Positions 41,916-53,108 of a DNA stretch of 64,000 bases are shown here, one piece after another; position 1 is the first letter of the stretch; the number at the start of each line of letters is the position of its first letter. Location of the stretch: IMG/VR virus record IMGVR_UViG_3300028833_000119, positions 21,214 to 85,213 of that record; one strand, 5' to 3'. The stretch is from a virus. Taxonomy: Duplodnaviria > Caudoviricetes. A model generated the notes under the pieces. The model ran no database searches and had not been told where the DNA came from. It saw only the letters and a program-made list of their open reading frames with translations. Made by a program: the position numbers and the translations under genes.

Positions 41916-43594
41916 TGCCTTCGATCGACAAAGCGTCTCAGATCAGGGAACTCAAAAATTTTGTAGCGTGGCAAAAACAGATATGGTTCTGGCGTACACA
42001 CCTCGACCGGTTTATTGAAGATTATTTCAAGATTAAGCTGAAGCCGAGCCAGCGTGTGGATGCACGAATCCTCGGCAATTTCCAGAGCATTGACCTGGTG
42101 AAAAACCGTGGCGCAGGCAAAACGTGGCTGATTGCGATCTGTGCGATTGCGCTCGGTGTTTTGTATCCGAACAGCTCAATTGCCGTGATTTCAAGTACAG
42201 CTGAACAGGCAGTGCTTGTCGTAAAGAAAATCGAAGAAAAATTTTTACAGTATCCAGATGTGCTGCGCGAGATTAACGCAAGCCGACATAATAAGCCGGT
42301 ACAGGTAAATCCGCACAAGGGTGTATGCTGGCTGAAGAGCGGAAGCAAGATCGAGAGTTATTCGATGGGTACGCTGAGAGGTAACCGCGCAAAGATCCTG
42401 ATTTGTGACGAGGCGCCTGAGATCGCGAAGAACGACCTTGACGCCGTTGCAAAGCCGATTATGAACGAGACGCGTGATATCTGTATCCAGCGCGGCATTG
42501 AGGATTACGACAGCAAAATTATCAGTATTACTTCAGCATGCCTGAAAAACAATTATTTCTATACGTCTTTTGTAAACATCCTGAAGCGGATGTCCGCCGG
42601 TGAAAAAGGATGCTTTGCATGGGCGATGACATATCAGGAAGCAGTCCGCGAAGGGATTTCAAAACAGTCATATTTTGACGACCAGAGGAAAGATATGACG
42701 GAAGAGAAATTCATGATGGAATATGAAAGCAAATTCCTTGGCGCTGCAGAGGGCGCTGTGTTCCCGTTTGAACTGACGGATAAATGCAGGACGCTGAAGG
42801 ACGTGGAAATTGCACAACCGGCGAAGTCAACGGTTGAATACGTGATGTCGCTGGATATTGCGACGTCAAGCGCGAGCAATGCGGACAACGCTGCGCTGAC
42901 GACGTTTAAACTGGTGGAACTCGAAAACGGCGGGTACCTGAAACAGGTTGTGCGTATTCAGACATTCAAAGGGAAACGGCTTGACGCACTGGCAACTGAA
43001 GTGCGGAAAAACCTTGTGCTGTTTCCAAATACGATCAAGGTTGTGGTTGACGTACGCGGCCTTGGCGACGCATTCCCGCAGTTCATGTGCAAACCGTGGA
43101 CTGACCCAGGAACCGGAAAGGAATATCCTCCGCTGGTCCGTGATGACGAGCCGAGCATTATTGACAATGCGGTCCCGCTGATTCATCCGTTTATTGCGAC
43201 GAACCTGATGAACCAGCAGATGGTCAATATGACAACGATTGCGCTTGAACAGGAAAGCCTGCAGCTTCCGATCAATTCGCGGTATATCATCAACAACAAG
43301 ATTGCTGAAAGCGACGACGACGCGGAAGGGACCGGCAGAAAACTGTCGGTCGCGGAGAAAGCGATCTTTGTGGAAGCGGACGCATTGCAGATTGAAATGG
43401 GAAACATTATCGGGCGCCAGGGCGCAAATGGCAATGTGCTGTTCGACAGTGCGAAGTCAACGATGCACAAAGACCGGGTGAGTTCTCTGATGATGGGAAT
43501 TCATTATATTACAGGACTTGAAGAAATTCGCAAACGGAAATATATGCGCGGCAATACGCCGATGGTGGTTGGTATTGTCGGATCGATCAGATAA
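41915..43594 (+). CDS. terL: Terminase large subunit
   Basis: Walker A 'KNRGAGKT', Walker B 'ILICDEA', nuclease 'MSLDIA..HKDRVSS'. Confidence 0.9.
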   Translation: MPSIDKASQIRELKNFVAWQKQIWFWRTHLDRFIEDYFKIKLKPSQRVDARILGNFQSIDLVKNRGAGKTWLIAICAIALGVLYPNSSIAVISSTAEQAVLVVKKIEEKFLQYPDVLREINASRHNKPVQVNPHKGVCWLKSGSKIESYSMGTLRGNRAKILICDEAPEIAKNDLDAVAKPIMNETRDICIQRGIEDYDSKIISITSACLKNNYFYTSFVNILKRMSAGEKGCFAWAMTYQEAVREGISKQSYFDDQRKDMTEEKFMMEYESKFLGAAEGAVFPFELTDKCRTLKDVEIAQPAKSTVEYVMSLDIATSSASNADNAALTTFKLVELENGGYLKQVVRIQTFKGKRLDALATEVRKNLVLFPNTIKVVVDVRGLGDAFPQFMCKPWTDPGTGKEYPPLVRDDEPSIIDNAVPLIHPFIATNLMNQQMVNMTTIALEQESLQLPINSRYIINNKIAESDDDAEGTGRKLSVAEKAIFVEADALQIEMGNIIGRQGANGNVLFDSAKSTMHKDRVSSLMMGIHYITGLEEIRKRKYMRGNTPMVVGIVGSIR

Positions 43595-43612
43595 AACAGG
43601 AGGTGGAAATAA

Positions 43613-45166
43613 TTGGCAAATATAGTTGACGCTGCAAGTGCATATAATGATCAGAGGCCGAATGCTTCCGCCTTTGCTGTTGCTGAAACATTGAATGATG
43701 TATCAAGCACATACAATGAAAGATCGATCACTTTTAATGGGTCGCTGAATGATTATAATTATGAAGCACTGCTGAGACAGAAACAGCAGAATATCAATAA
43801 GTTCTATGAACTTGGAGATTACTTTGTTGACGCTGATGATCTTGTTGGCGGTGCTGTTCGTCATATCCTTGTGCCTTTCAGCCTGATTGACGGATATTAC
43901 CTGACGGGTGGGACACAACAGACACAGGATAAATATTATGAATGGTTTGAACGGATTTCGCTGAATGAAAAACTGCGGAGCTGGTTCTATCAGTATTATG
44001 TATTCTATAATGTTTATTTTTCCTTGATGGAAGACGGCGATCTTGTTACGCTTCCGCCGCATCTGATGCGGATTACAAACGTTGCTGTTAACGGTAATCC
44101 GCTGACGGAATTCAATGTTAAGTCATTGAAGCAGGACTTGCGCAAGAATGCACAAAAGTCATGGAAGAAATTCCTTGATGACGAAGAGATGAATATCCGG
44201 ATTGCAGGATATCCGAAAGAGATTACCGAAGCGCTCAAGAAAAATGTCGAGTGGGTACAGCTTGACCCAAAGAGTACGTGGGTATGGCAGGGTGACAAGC
44301 CGGAATGGAGCAGGTATGCAATTCCGTTAATTACAACCGCGCTGATTCCGCTTGGGCAGAAAGCATTGATCCGTGCGCAGGAAGACGCGTTGCTGAACCT
44401 TGCGGCGGCGAGTTTTGTTCATGGCGCGGTCGGTTCTCCGAAAGACAGTACGGTGGTTGTGGATACGCCGATTCTGGACGCTGTTCTTTCTATTACAAAG
44501 AAAGCCATGAAGGCTGGCGGCGGCATCGCTATCACGAATGACTGCGTGAAGTATTCCGTGATCCAGCCGGACCTTGACCATTTCTATGAAGCAAATAAAT
44601 ATAAAAACGTAAATGAATCGATCCTGAGCGCATACGGAATTAATGCGACAGTATCGTCCGGGGCTGATAATTCTGTATCGTTCGGCACAAGCCAGATCAG
44701 CACGAAACTTGTTTCCATGAGGATTAATGCTGCACGGCAAAGCATGTGCAAATTAATGAACAAAATTATGAGAGCGGTTAACGGTTCGCCTTATGGATTG
44801 CCGAGGTCCAATGATAAAAAGCTTCCTACATTTGTTATGCCTATCAGTGACCTGACGCAGGTTGAAGCATTCCAGGCTGAATGCATGAAACTGTATGAGA
44901 AGGGCGTATTGAGCACAAGGACGCTGCTTGATTCTTATAACGTTGATATTGAAACAGAATACCAGCGGAAGAAAGAAGAGATCAACAGCGGGAAAGCTGA
45001 AGTGTTCGTGGCACCCGGAAAAAACAATCAGGGCACTGATAATAATGAAGGAACGATTGGACGTCCTACATTGGATGACAGTGAACGCCAGAGTGATCCC
45101 GGCAACAGTGAAACGGGACGCAACCCCAAGCCTTCTGTACCTGAAGGTTCGGAAGCGCAAGAGTAA
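43613..45166 (+). CDS. Portal protein
   Basis: 517 aa, immediately after terL, acidic C-terminal tail. Confidence 0.75.
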   Translation: MANIVDAASAYNDQRPNASAFAVAETLNDVSSTYNERSITFNGSLNDYNYEALLRQKQQNINKFYELGDYFVDADDLVGGAVRHILVPFSLIDGYYLTGGTQQTQDKYYEWFERISLNEKLRSWFYQYYVFYNVYFSLMEDGDLVTLPPHLMRITNVAVNGNPLTEFNVKSLKQDLRKNAQKSWKKFLDDEEMNIRIAGYPKEITEALKKNVEWVQLDPKSTWVWQGDKPEWSRYAIPLITTALIPLGQKALIRAQEDALLNLAAASFVHGAVGSPKDSTVVVDTPILDAVLSITKKAMKAGGGIAITNDCVKYSVIQPDLDHFYEANKYKNVNESILSAYGINATVSSGADNSVSFGTSQISTKLVSMRINAARQSMCKLMNKIMRAVNGSPYGLPRSNDKKLPTFVMPISDLTQVEAFQAECMKLYEKGVLSTRTLLDSYNVDIETEYQRKKEEINSGKAEVFVAPGKNNQGTDNNEGTIGRPTLDDSERQSDPGNSETGRNPKPSVPEGSEAQE

Positions 45167-45182
45167 AGGCCGGTGATGCAGC

Positions 45183-46529
45183 ATGAGAGATAATACGATT
45201 ACAGTAACAGTCGGAGAGAAAACTTATGTGAAGACAGATCCGGCATTTCAGTATGACTACGGCCTGAAACTGATTATCGAGGGTGTTGAGCTTCCGGAAG
45301 AATATGAAGTACAGTTCGGCAACACGAAGAGCGCGGCGAACAAAACGGTAACCGGGGACGCTGAAGGCGTGATGATTCCTGATGAATATCTGCGGAACGG
45401 CGAAGATATCCACGCTTACCTGTATCTTCATACAAGCGAGGATGACGGGTTTAGCGTATATCATATTCATATCCCGGTCATCAGACGTGCAGCCATTGAC
45501 GATGAAGAGATCACGCCGATTGAACACAGGGCGATTGAGAAAGCTCTGGAAGCCCTGGCGATAGCAGTTGATGAAACAGAACAGAATGTGCTGAACTATC
45601 CGTACATTAATGATGACCATTACTGGATGGTGTATGACGCGGAGCAGGGCGGGTTTGTAAATACCGGCGTCAAGGCAGACGGCGAAAGTGCTTTCGACCT
45701 TGAAATCGGCACGGTTACCACACTGCCGCCCGGAGCGGATGCAACGGCGAGTGTGACATGGGAAGGGCAGACAGCCAAGCTGAATCTTGGACTTCCTGCA
45801 GGAGATACTTCCAACCTTGTTTCAATCCATGACGAGCGGACAAATACTGCACAGGTTACGGTTTACGACGGCGCTGACAACCTCGGCGTTGACGATATCC
45901 AAATCGGGATTGAACCGATCCAGGCAGGAAGCGGAGAACCCGGTCCACGGAACATCAGGCGTATCAGCGGCGTAACCGGCGTAACGCTTGTTCGTGAAGC
46001 AGGAGACGATACCGTAACATATGAAACATTGTTTGAAGATGAAGCAGGTACCGTATACAGCGGCGTGTTTAATCCTATGACAGGCAAACTTGCGGTTGAC
46101 AGGGTGCTGGTTACAAAACGGTGTGTCGATATGGACAACGTTGATATACAGCCGGGTTGGAACAACAGCGGGATCAGGGAAATCGTCGGGGATAATGTTT
46201 CCGGTGTTTTTACAAACCAGACGCTGAATGTCGGAACAAGTTACGGTGTTGATACAACGGGGGATAATGATCTTCTGTACCTTGACTACGACCATTACCA
46301 TATGCGGCAGTCTGAATGGAAAAACACAGAGATAACGGTTCAGGTATGTGTGATGCTGGCGGAACCTGTTGAGTATACGTTTGATTCGTATATCCCGACG
46401 GTTCAGCTTGGCGAAAACACGTTTACGGTAACCGGAGGAAAGATCGCTTACCTCAAGTACCCGTGTGACACAAAAGCATATGTAGACCATAAAATCGCCG
46501 AGGTTCAGGCCTTGGTGCTTGAGCATTAA
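45183..46529 (+). CDS. Virion accessory / fibre-like protein
   Basis: BppU-like N-terminus and 'GTVTTLPPGADATAS' linker typical of phage fibre proteins. Confidence 0.5.
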   Translation: MRDNTITVTVGEKTYVKTDPAFQYDYGLKLIIEGVELPEEYEVQFGNTKSAANKTVTGDAEGVMIPDEYLRNGEDIHAYLYLHTSEDDGFSVYHIHIPVIRRAAIDDEEITPIEHRAIEKALEALAIAVDETEQNVLNYPYINDDHYWMVYDAEQGGFVNTGVKADGESAFDLEIGTVTTLPPGADATASVTWEGQTAKLNLGLPAGDTSNLVSIHDERTNTAQVTVYDGADNLGVDDIQIGIEPIQAGSGEPGPRNIRRISGVTGVTLVREAGDDTVTYETLFEDEAGTVYSGVFNPMTGKLAVDRVLVTKRCVDMDNVDIQPGWNNSGIREIVGDNVSGVFTNQTLNVGTSYGVDTTGDNDLLYLDYDHYHMRQSEWKNTEITVQVCVMLAEPVEYTFDSYIPTVQLGENTFTVTGGKIAYLKYPCDTKAYVDHKIAEVQALVLEH

Positions 46530-46544
46530 AAGGGGTGATCCGAA

Positions 46545-46706
46545 TTGTCAAAAAGGGAACGCAGGGTAATTCAAGCTTTTATCAACTGCGTAAAAAGCGG
46601 GGAGTATACATTGAGCTATGCGATCCTGCTGCTGGAAGATGATGAACGCTACGGGTGGTTGAGCGAAGAAGCGAAAGAAGCGTTTTACGCGGAATTCGAA
46701 GAATAA
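46545..46706 (+). CDS. Small XkdX-like protein
   Basis: TTG-start 53-aa ORF with GGGGTG RBS after the fibre-like gene. Confidence 0.4.
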   Translation: MSKRERRVIQAFINCVKSGEYTLSYAILLLEDDERYGWLSEEAKEAFYAEFEE

Positions 46707-46737
46707 TTGCGTAGAGGAAGCCAACTCCTTGAACGCG

Positions 46738-46764
46738 GACCTGTCTGCATGACAGGTCTTTTTT
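46738..46764 (+). terminator. Intrinsic terminator
   Basis: GACCTGTC-TGCAT-GACAGGTC followed by a T run. Confidence 0.8.
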
Positions 46765-46864
46765 AGTTGGCAGAAACACTTCTGGTAACACGCCGAAAGG
46801 CTGTTATATATTACTTCAAGTTTTTAACACCTGTCCTCCTACTGGTGCTAGAGACGTGTAAGGA

Positions 46865-48181
46865 ATGATTAGCATGGAGAACGAACAGAAAAAGCTGGTA
46901 CTCCTTGCTTCAGAAGTAACGATTGCCGAGGAAGATGAAAAGCTTAATCCGGTATTCCTTTCGATTGAAATGAAACTGGCGGACTCTGCCGGTAACAGAA
47001 ACAATCAGGGAATTACAGCGGCGTTCATCAGCGACCTGATTAACCGTCAGGAAGAATTTGAATGCCTGCCGTTTTATGCGGATGTGAAAAATCTTCTGGC
47101 AAGGAATTACGACAACTTGGGGCATATGTACAACAAGGTGACGAAAAAGTTTTCGTCTACACAGATCGGAAGTCTAACAAATTTCTATTCAGAGACTGAT
47201 AACGACGGTGTAATCTCCTTGTACGCAACTGCTCGTGTGCCGAAGCGAGAAAAAGATATTTGTATCAGGCTGGCTGAGTTGTACGAGCTTGAGAAGTTAA
47301 ATGTGAGTTTCGAGGTTAGGTATAATCCGGAATATACCATCGAAAAAGATGGAGTTCTGTATATTGATGCCAATGAGGAAAATGCATTAACTGGAATTGC
47401 GCTCGTATCTGTGCCTGCATGTCCTGATGCAACTGCTCTCGATATGGTTGCTTCGGTTGCTGATGATTCCGAGGAAATCGTTGCTGAAAGCGAAGAGCAG
47501 GCAGAACGAGGTGAAATTGATCCGATGAAAGAAAACGAATTGATCACCGCTGAAGAGAAGGAAGTAACAACCCAGGAAGAGGTAGTTGCTGAAGCTGAAG
47601 CAGAACAGATTAGCGCTGAAGATGTACAGGCTGCTGTTGCGGAAAGCGAAGTTGCTGAAGCGAGTGACGAAGGAACCAGCGAATCCGGCGAAAACACCGT
47701 TGTTGCTGAACAGGAAGAAGCGAACGCTGAAGTCCTGGAGCATTCCGTTGACACTCACGAGAGTGTTGAAGACTGGGGCGGAGGACCCGTGCATGTGTTT
47801 GAATATCGCGAGCGTGTGATTGAAACCATGGACGATGCGGAGGCCCTGGTTGCCGAACTGGACGCGAAGATCACAGAGCTTGAAGAAATTAAGAGCAAGT
47901 ACGATGCGATCGTTGTTGCGGAACAGGAAAAAGTGCTGGCTGAAAAACGTGCAAATGCCAAGGCGTTTGCGGAAAAGCAGGGCCTGAATATTCGGGACGT
48001 TGCTGTAGCGGAGGCTATTGAAAAACTCGATTATGAGAAAATTGCTGAACTTTCCATGGCAGAAGAACAGGAACCAGAAGAAGTGAAACCTGAAAAGCAG
48101 GAAATCACGCTGGCAAGTTTTGTTGACATGGAAGTTAGTAATGATAAGTATGGCGGACTTTTGAGCCGCAAAAATAAGTAA
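46865..48181 (+). CDS. Prohead protease/scaffold protein
   Basis: N-terminal protease-like domain ('VSFEV..TGIALVSVPA') and long acidic scaffold region. Confidence 0.7.
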   Translation: MISMENEQKKLVLLASEVTIAEEDEKLNPVFLSIEMKLADSAGNRNNQGITAAFISDLINRQEEFECLPFYADVKNLLARNYDNLGHMYNKVTKKFSSTQIGSLTNFYSETDNDGVISLYATARVPKREKDICIRLAELYELEKLNVSFEVRYNPEYTIEKDGVLYIDANEENALTGIALVSVPACPDATALDMVASVADDSEEIVAESEEQAERGEIDPMKENELITAEEKEVTTQEEVVAEAEAEQISAEDVQAAVAESEVAEASDEGTSESGENTVVAEQEEANAEVLEHSVDTHESVEDWGGGPVHVFEYRERVIETMDDAEALVAELDAKITELEEIKSKYDAIVVAEQEKVLAEKRANAKAFAEKQGLNIRDVAVAEAIEKLDYEKIAELSMAEEQEPEEVKPEKQEITLASFVDMEVSNDKYGGLLSRKNK

Positions 48182-48199
48182 TACAGGAGGAAACTGAAT

Positions 48200-48631
48200 A
48201 TGGCTGGATATTTCCGTAGAGCTGAAGCTTTCAATTATCTTGGAAGCGAAAAGGCTGGAGAAGCCCTGGCTAACGGCGTGTTTGTTTCTATCACCTCTAA
48301 CGGCGTGAAGAAACTGACGGCTGCTGGCGATTCCGAATTCCGTGTAGCCGAGAAGACCACCCTGTGGGGACTCCCCGCGCTGGTGCTGATCTGTGTGGTT
48401 CCGGGTTCCGGAGAAACTTATGTTGTTGAAAACGAATTCGAGGACTATGGTGACAAGGATTTCAACTATGCTGCCTATGAAGTCCCGACCGGACACTATG
48501 TGAAAATGCGTCGGCCTAACATCAACGATGAGCTGATTATCAGCGTTGATAGTACCACTTATGCCGCGCTGTCTGTTGGCGATACCGTGAAGCCGGCTTC
48601 CGGCGGCGGCGTTGCCAAGAAGAGTACTTAA
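48200..48631 (+). CDS. Capsid decoration/minor head protein
   Basis: 143 aa between scaffold and major capsid; highly-expressed codon pattern. Confidence 0.55.
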   Translation: MAGYFRRAEAFNYLGSEKAGEALANGVFVSITSNGVKKLTAAGDSEFRVAEKTTLWGLPALVLICVVPGSGETYVVENEFEDYGDKDFNYAAYEVPTGHYVKMRRPNINDELIISVDSTTYAALSVGDTVKPASGGGVAKKST

Positions 48632-48651
48632 TTGAGAAGAGGTGAAACGTA

Positions 48652-49659
48652 ATGGCTATCGAAATCTATAAGGATTCTAATGTGATTGACGTGGTCGTAG
48701 CCTCTGCTCGGAAGGAAAACCTTGACAGTGAAGTTCGCGAGAACGCTAATAAGCTGATCAAGGATCTGGCTGCTGACCCCACTCCCAATAACCGGTATCA
48801 GATCGCTCAGATCGTCCGCTTTGCTGCGAATGAAATCGTGAAGCGTGATACCAACTGGCTGGACTTGATTGCTGACACCAAGCGTGTTGGCTATGGTGAT
48901 AAGGCTTCCTTCGATGTGAAACTGAGCGGCGTTCGTGCTTTCATTCAGGCGAAGGGCGCTACCACTCCCCGGACCAAGAATGGCCGGAAGAGCATGTCCA
49001 TGGACACCATTGCCGTGTCTGCCCGTCCTGTTGTGAATATCGTTGAAATGCAGAACGGTCTGGCGAACATGGCCGACCTGGTGAATGATGCTTCCTACCA
49101 GATGGAATGCCAGATCAACAAGTATGTGCAGGGCGTCCTGAACACTGCGGCTCCGAACTGGGCTGCTCCTTACTACGGCTCTGGCTCCACCGGCCTGGTA
49201 AAGGCTACGATTGACCCCATGATCCTGCATTGGCTGCGGATCGGCGGCGGTGCTACCATCCTGGGCGATGTTGGCGAGCTGAATAAGCTGGCTGCTCTGA
49301 CCGGATTTACCTCCACCACCAATACCCAGCAGTATGCCGACCAGATCATCGTTGAGCAGAACGCTGCTGCCTTCATCGGCACCTATCTGGGCGCGAAAGC
49401 GATCCAGCTGGTGAACCCGCTGATGGAAGACGGTACGGATAACTTCGTCTTCGATACCAAGAAGCTGTACATCCTGCCTAACGCTGTGGATCCCGGCATG
49501 CGGCCTCTGAAGGTCGTGTTCGAGGGAGATATCTTCTCCATCGATAATACCAATATCGACGACCTGAGCTACGAAGTGCGGCTCGATCAGTACTTCAATG
49601 CTGCTGTCGCGTATGGCGATCGTCCTTACATGAGCGTTTACGCCGACCTCAGCACCTAA
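48652..49659 (+). CDS. Major capsid protein
   Basis: 335 aa, position, strong codon bias, followed by a hairpin and T run. Confidence 0.8.
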   Translation: MAIEIYKDSNVIDVVVASARKENLDSEVRENANKLIKDLAADPTPNNRYQIAQIVRFAANEIVKRDTNWLDLIADTKRVGYGDKASFDVKLSGVRAFIQAKGATTPRTKNGRKSMSMDTIAVSARPVVNIVEMQNGLANMADLVNDASYQMECQINKYVQGVLNTAAPNWAAPYYGSGSTGLVKATIDPMILHWLRIGGGATILGDVGELNKLAALTGFTSTTNTQQYADQIIVEQNAAAFIGTYLGAKAIQLVNPLMEDGTDNFVFDTKKLYILPNAVDPGMRPLKVVFEGDIFSIDNTNIDDLSYEVRLDQYFNAAVAYGDRPYMSVYADLST

Positions 49660-49739
49660 TCGACCTCGACATTGGGGCGGGTGTTGCCGTAACAGGCAGC
49701 ACCCTCCCCGTTTTTTAATTGAAAAGGAGCAAGGAAAAT

Positions 49740-52700
49740 ATGAGTGAAAGAATCAGACTGCGGAATCCGCAGACATTTAATGTAGGCATTGTAACGATTG
49801 ATAAACCGTATGGCCTGAATATTGCGCCGGGAAGTTTTACGATTGTGACAAAGGATGATATCGACTTTCTGATGGCGACAAGTACAATTCTCCAGAAGGG
49901 AGTTCTCCGGATTGAAGGGGAAGAAAAGAAAGAAGTTCTGGAGAGCATGGGTGTTAAAGAAGAAGATAACGCGAACTTTATGAGCGATGAAGATATTAAA
50001 AAGAAGCTGTCCATGAATGCGAACCAGCTGAAGAAATGGCTGAACTCCGACGAGATTGAGCCTTATGTGCTGGATAAGATCGCAAATATTGCAAAGGATT
50101 TGAACCTGAGTATGAACAAAATTCAGGTGATCCAGGACAGGATTCCGAGCTTCGAGTTTCTGGACAAATAAAATATGAAAGGGTGAGCGCATGTGACGGA
50201 CATTATGAATCTGGCACAACGACTGTACAGACGGATCAAATGGCAGGAGATTCCGGAGCAGATGGACAGCAATGATCTTGTCGATCTGCTTGAAGATGCT
50301 ATTCGGATGCTGTATGTGATCAGCGGTCGTACCTTTCAGTTTTCAGAAGACAAATTTAAAGACAAGAAGATTATTGAAATTCCACCGGAAGAAGAAGGCG
50401 GCGAGCCTCAGTACGAGGAAGTCGAGGGCGTGTTTTTTGAAGACGACCTGATGCTTGACGAACAGGAATGGGTGCTGCTGGAGGGTGAGATTGCGTTCTA
50501 TAATCTTGCGCTGTCAAATGTGGACGACCTGCAAAGCTATACAACTGACGCAATGTCGGTAACGCATGGCGACAAACCGTACAAGAATATCAAACAGACA
50601 ATTGACGACAGGAAAGCCAAGCAGGATGTGGTGTGGACCCGGATGGTTCGGTATAACCAACTGGGGGTGTCCGGATGAAAGATGTTAAAGAGATTGTTGT
50701 AAAGGTAACATACCGGGACAAAGATCTTCAGCCGACATACACAAGGACATATACACTACAGGAATATGTTGACGCAATCCGGTCGGATTTGCAGAGTCTG
50801 GTAGGCGAGGCGGAAACGCTTGGTTATATTGCGAACGACAATAAACCGAAGGAAGAGTGGAGCGACGAAAGCTTCGCGGTATTCAGCCGTGTTAAGCATA
50901 AATTGCTGGATAAGGCGGGGGAGATCGGAAGGCTTCCTTCAAATTTGCAACTGCGGACACGCGAGCCGCTTTCCGAATATATGGCTCGACTTCTGAACGG
51001 GGAGGATGAGGCATATGGCGAAAGTTGTGTGGGACAGGGAAGATGACATCAGGAATGCAAAGAGCACAATTAAGTTTAAACAGAAACCAAGCCGGGAAAA
51101 TTTTAAACCGCCAGCCAGGATTCTGACAGACTTCGAGCGGCTGCTCAAGCATGACGTACCGAATGTCAACTGGACTTTTGAACTTGTCCATAACTGGTAT
51201 TACGTCAGTACACAGACAGACGAAAGCCTTGAACACCTGACACAGAAACAGCTTGTGGATATGTATGACGGCGGTTGCCGGATCATCAGGATTCATCATG
51301 AACATATAAATGAAGATGATGACGAAGAGGAATCCGTCAATATTTACTATTCGCTGAACGCAGACGGGACATATGAACGGACAAATGATTATGAACCCGA
51401 ATATATCCGTGCACAGCAGACGTCGATTGACTGGAAGTCCAAGATCGGCAACTCTGATATGAGTACAAACTTCAAAACTGATTATACACACGAAGTACAA
51501 AAGGGTGATTATGTAATCCGCGAGGACGGCATGCTGTTTATGCTGAACTGGAATATCACGCTTCACGCAAACAACCAGGCGACGCAGAGCACAGAATGCA
51601 ATGCGGTTGTTGATGTTACCCGTGAATTTATGCCGGTTGTAGACAGCAAAGGTTATGTGATTACACAGGGAGGTCGCAGGCCGGTTGCAGCAAACCTTCC
51701 GATCAACCATACAGAATATGCCGGACGTCCTGATTACAGCGGCGCAAGCTTGCAGGCAGGTATGCATCCTGACCACCTGATTACAGTTACTTGCCAGTGG
51801 AATACAACGACAAGGAAAATCAGGCTGGATGACGAGATGGTTATCGGAGATTTTACTTACAGGGTTATCAATATATCGCTGGCGGAAGTCAATATTGATA
51901 AAGATTACGGCATTCTGGTCCTGAACGCGAAACGTGTTGCAGGCGGGAGCGTGAACGGCGATGAGTGATTTTAAGCCGAATAAACTTTCTTTTAATGTCG
52001 CAGCCTGCATGAACACAATCAAAGATTTACTTAATCTTCGCCTTGATACGTTATCCCATCAACTTGTCAATATTGTTTGTATGGAAATACAGACAAATGG
52101 CAACGGGTCAAGCGAGATGAGGGCGTTGGCAATTCGCAATGTAAAAGAAACAAAACGAGAGATTACAAACGACCGTGTGTTGCTTGAAGTTGGGATAGAC
52201 ACAGACAGTCTAAAAGATAATGAGGAAGTATTTGTTAACGTATCGGTTGTGTTACACGGGAATATGAAAGGCAATAGCTGGACGTGGCGTGACGCTGCGG
52301 TAATGTACACAAAACCAGGAGTCGTTACTTATGGCAAAGAAAACGGAATTGCTTCGGACAAAAGGGTACACGTTCCGAAATGGTATAAACCGAGAGCAAT
52401 GCCTGGTTTTGCACAGCAGGATGTAAGCAAATATATCTCTGAAAATACAGATGTGGAAATCAACCATCATGTTGAGGATTTTATGAATATCGTCAGCAGA
52501 GACATAGATAATTTCGACTGGTCACAATTTGTTATAGTGAGGTGATGCGGATGGCGGAAGCGGATCGCTATGTAGAGAAAACACGCACATGGCAGGACAA
52601 CTGGAATAATGTCGTCCGCAACGAAATCTATCCTGATGAGAAACTGAAGGAACTGATGCTTGTCCCGATCGAGACAGACATCGTCAAGTTTACTGATAAA

Positions 52701-53039
52701 TATTTTATCCGTGACGGTTCCACGGATGAATTGCTGACAAATGAGAAGGTTCGTATTGTACACCATGACGCGGAAGGGTTTGATACATTCAACCATAACG
52801 TAAAGGGTAAATACCGCCAGTTCGACATATTTGTCAGCGAGGACGTCGAGCACACGGCGTCCGAAGACTGGCTGCAAAGCAGGCAGGTCCTTATTGCCGA
52901 AAGGCTGAAATATCTCCTGCTTCGGAAGCGTAACTGCCAGAACCTGCGCTTCTACTATCAGGATGAATACGATATGTGGACAAAAACAGTGGGCTACAAA
53001 ATGTATCGGCTCACTGTTTTTTATAAAATTACAGTTTAA
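49740..53039 (+). CDS. Head-completion/neck/tail-terminator genes (49740-50171, 50193-50678, 50675-51046, 51006-51968, 51961-52545, 52542-53039)
   Basis: Synteny between capsid and tail tube genes; individual functions inferred from position only. Confidence 0.6.
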
Positions 53040-53108
53040 TCTTCGACCATTTTAGGAGGAGTGGAAGAAGAAATAAACAAGAAAGAAAAACAAGGAGGAA
53101 ATCGCGAT

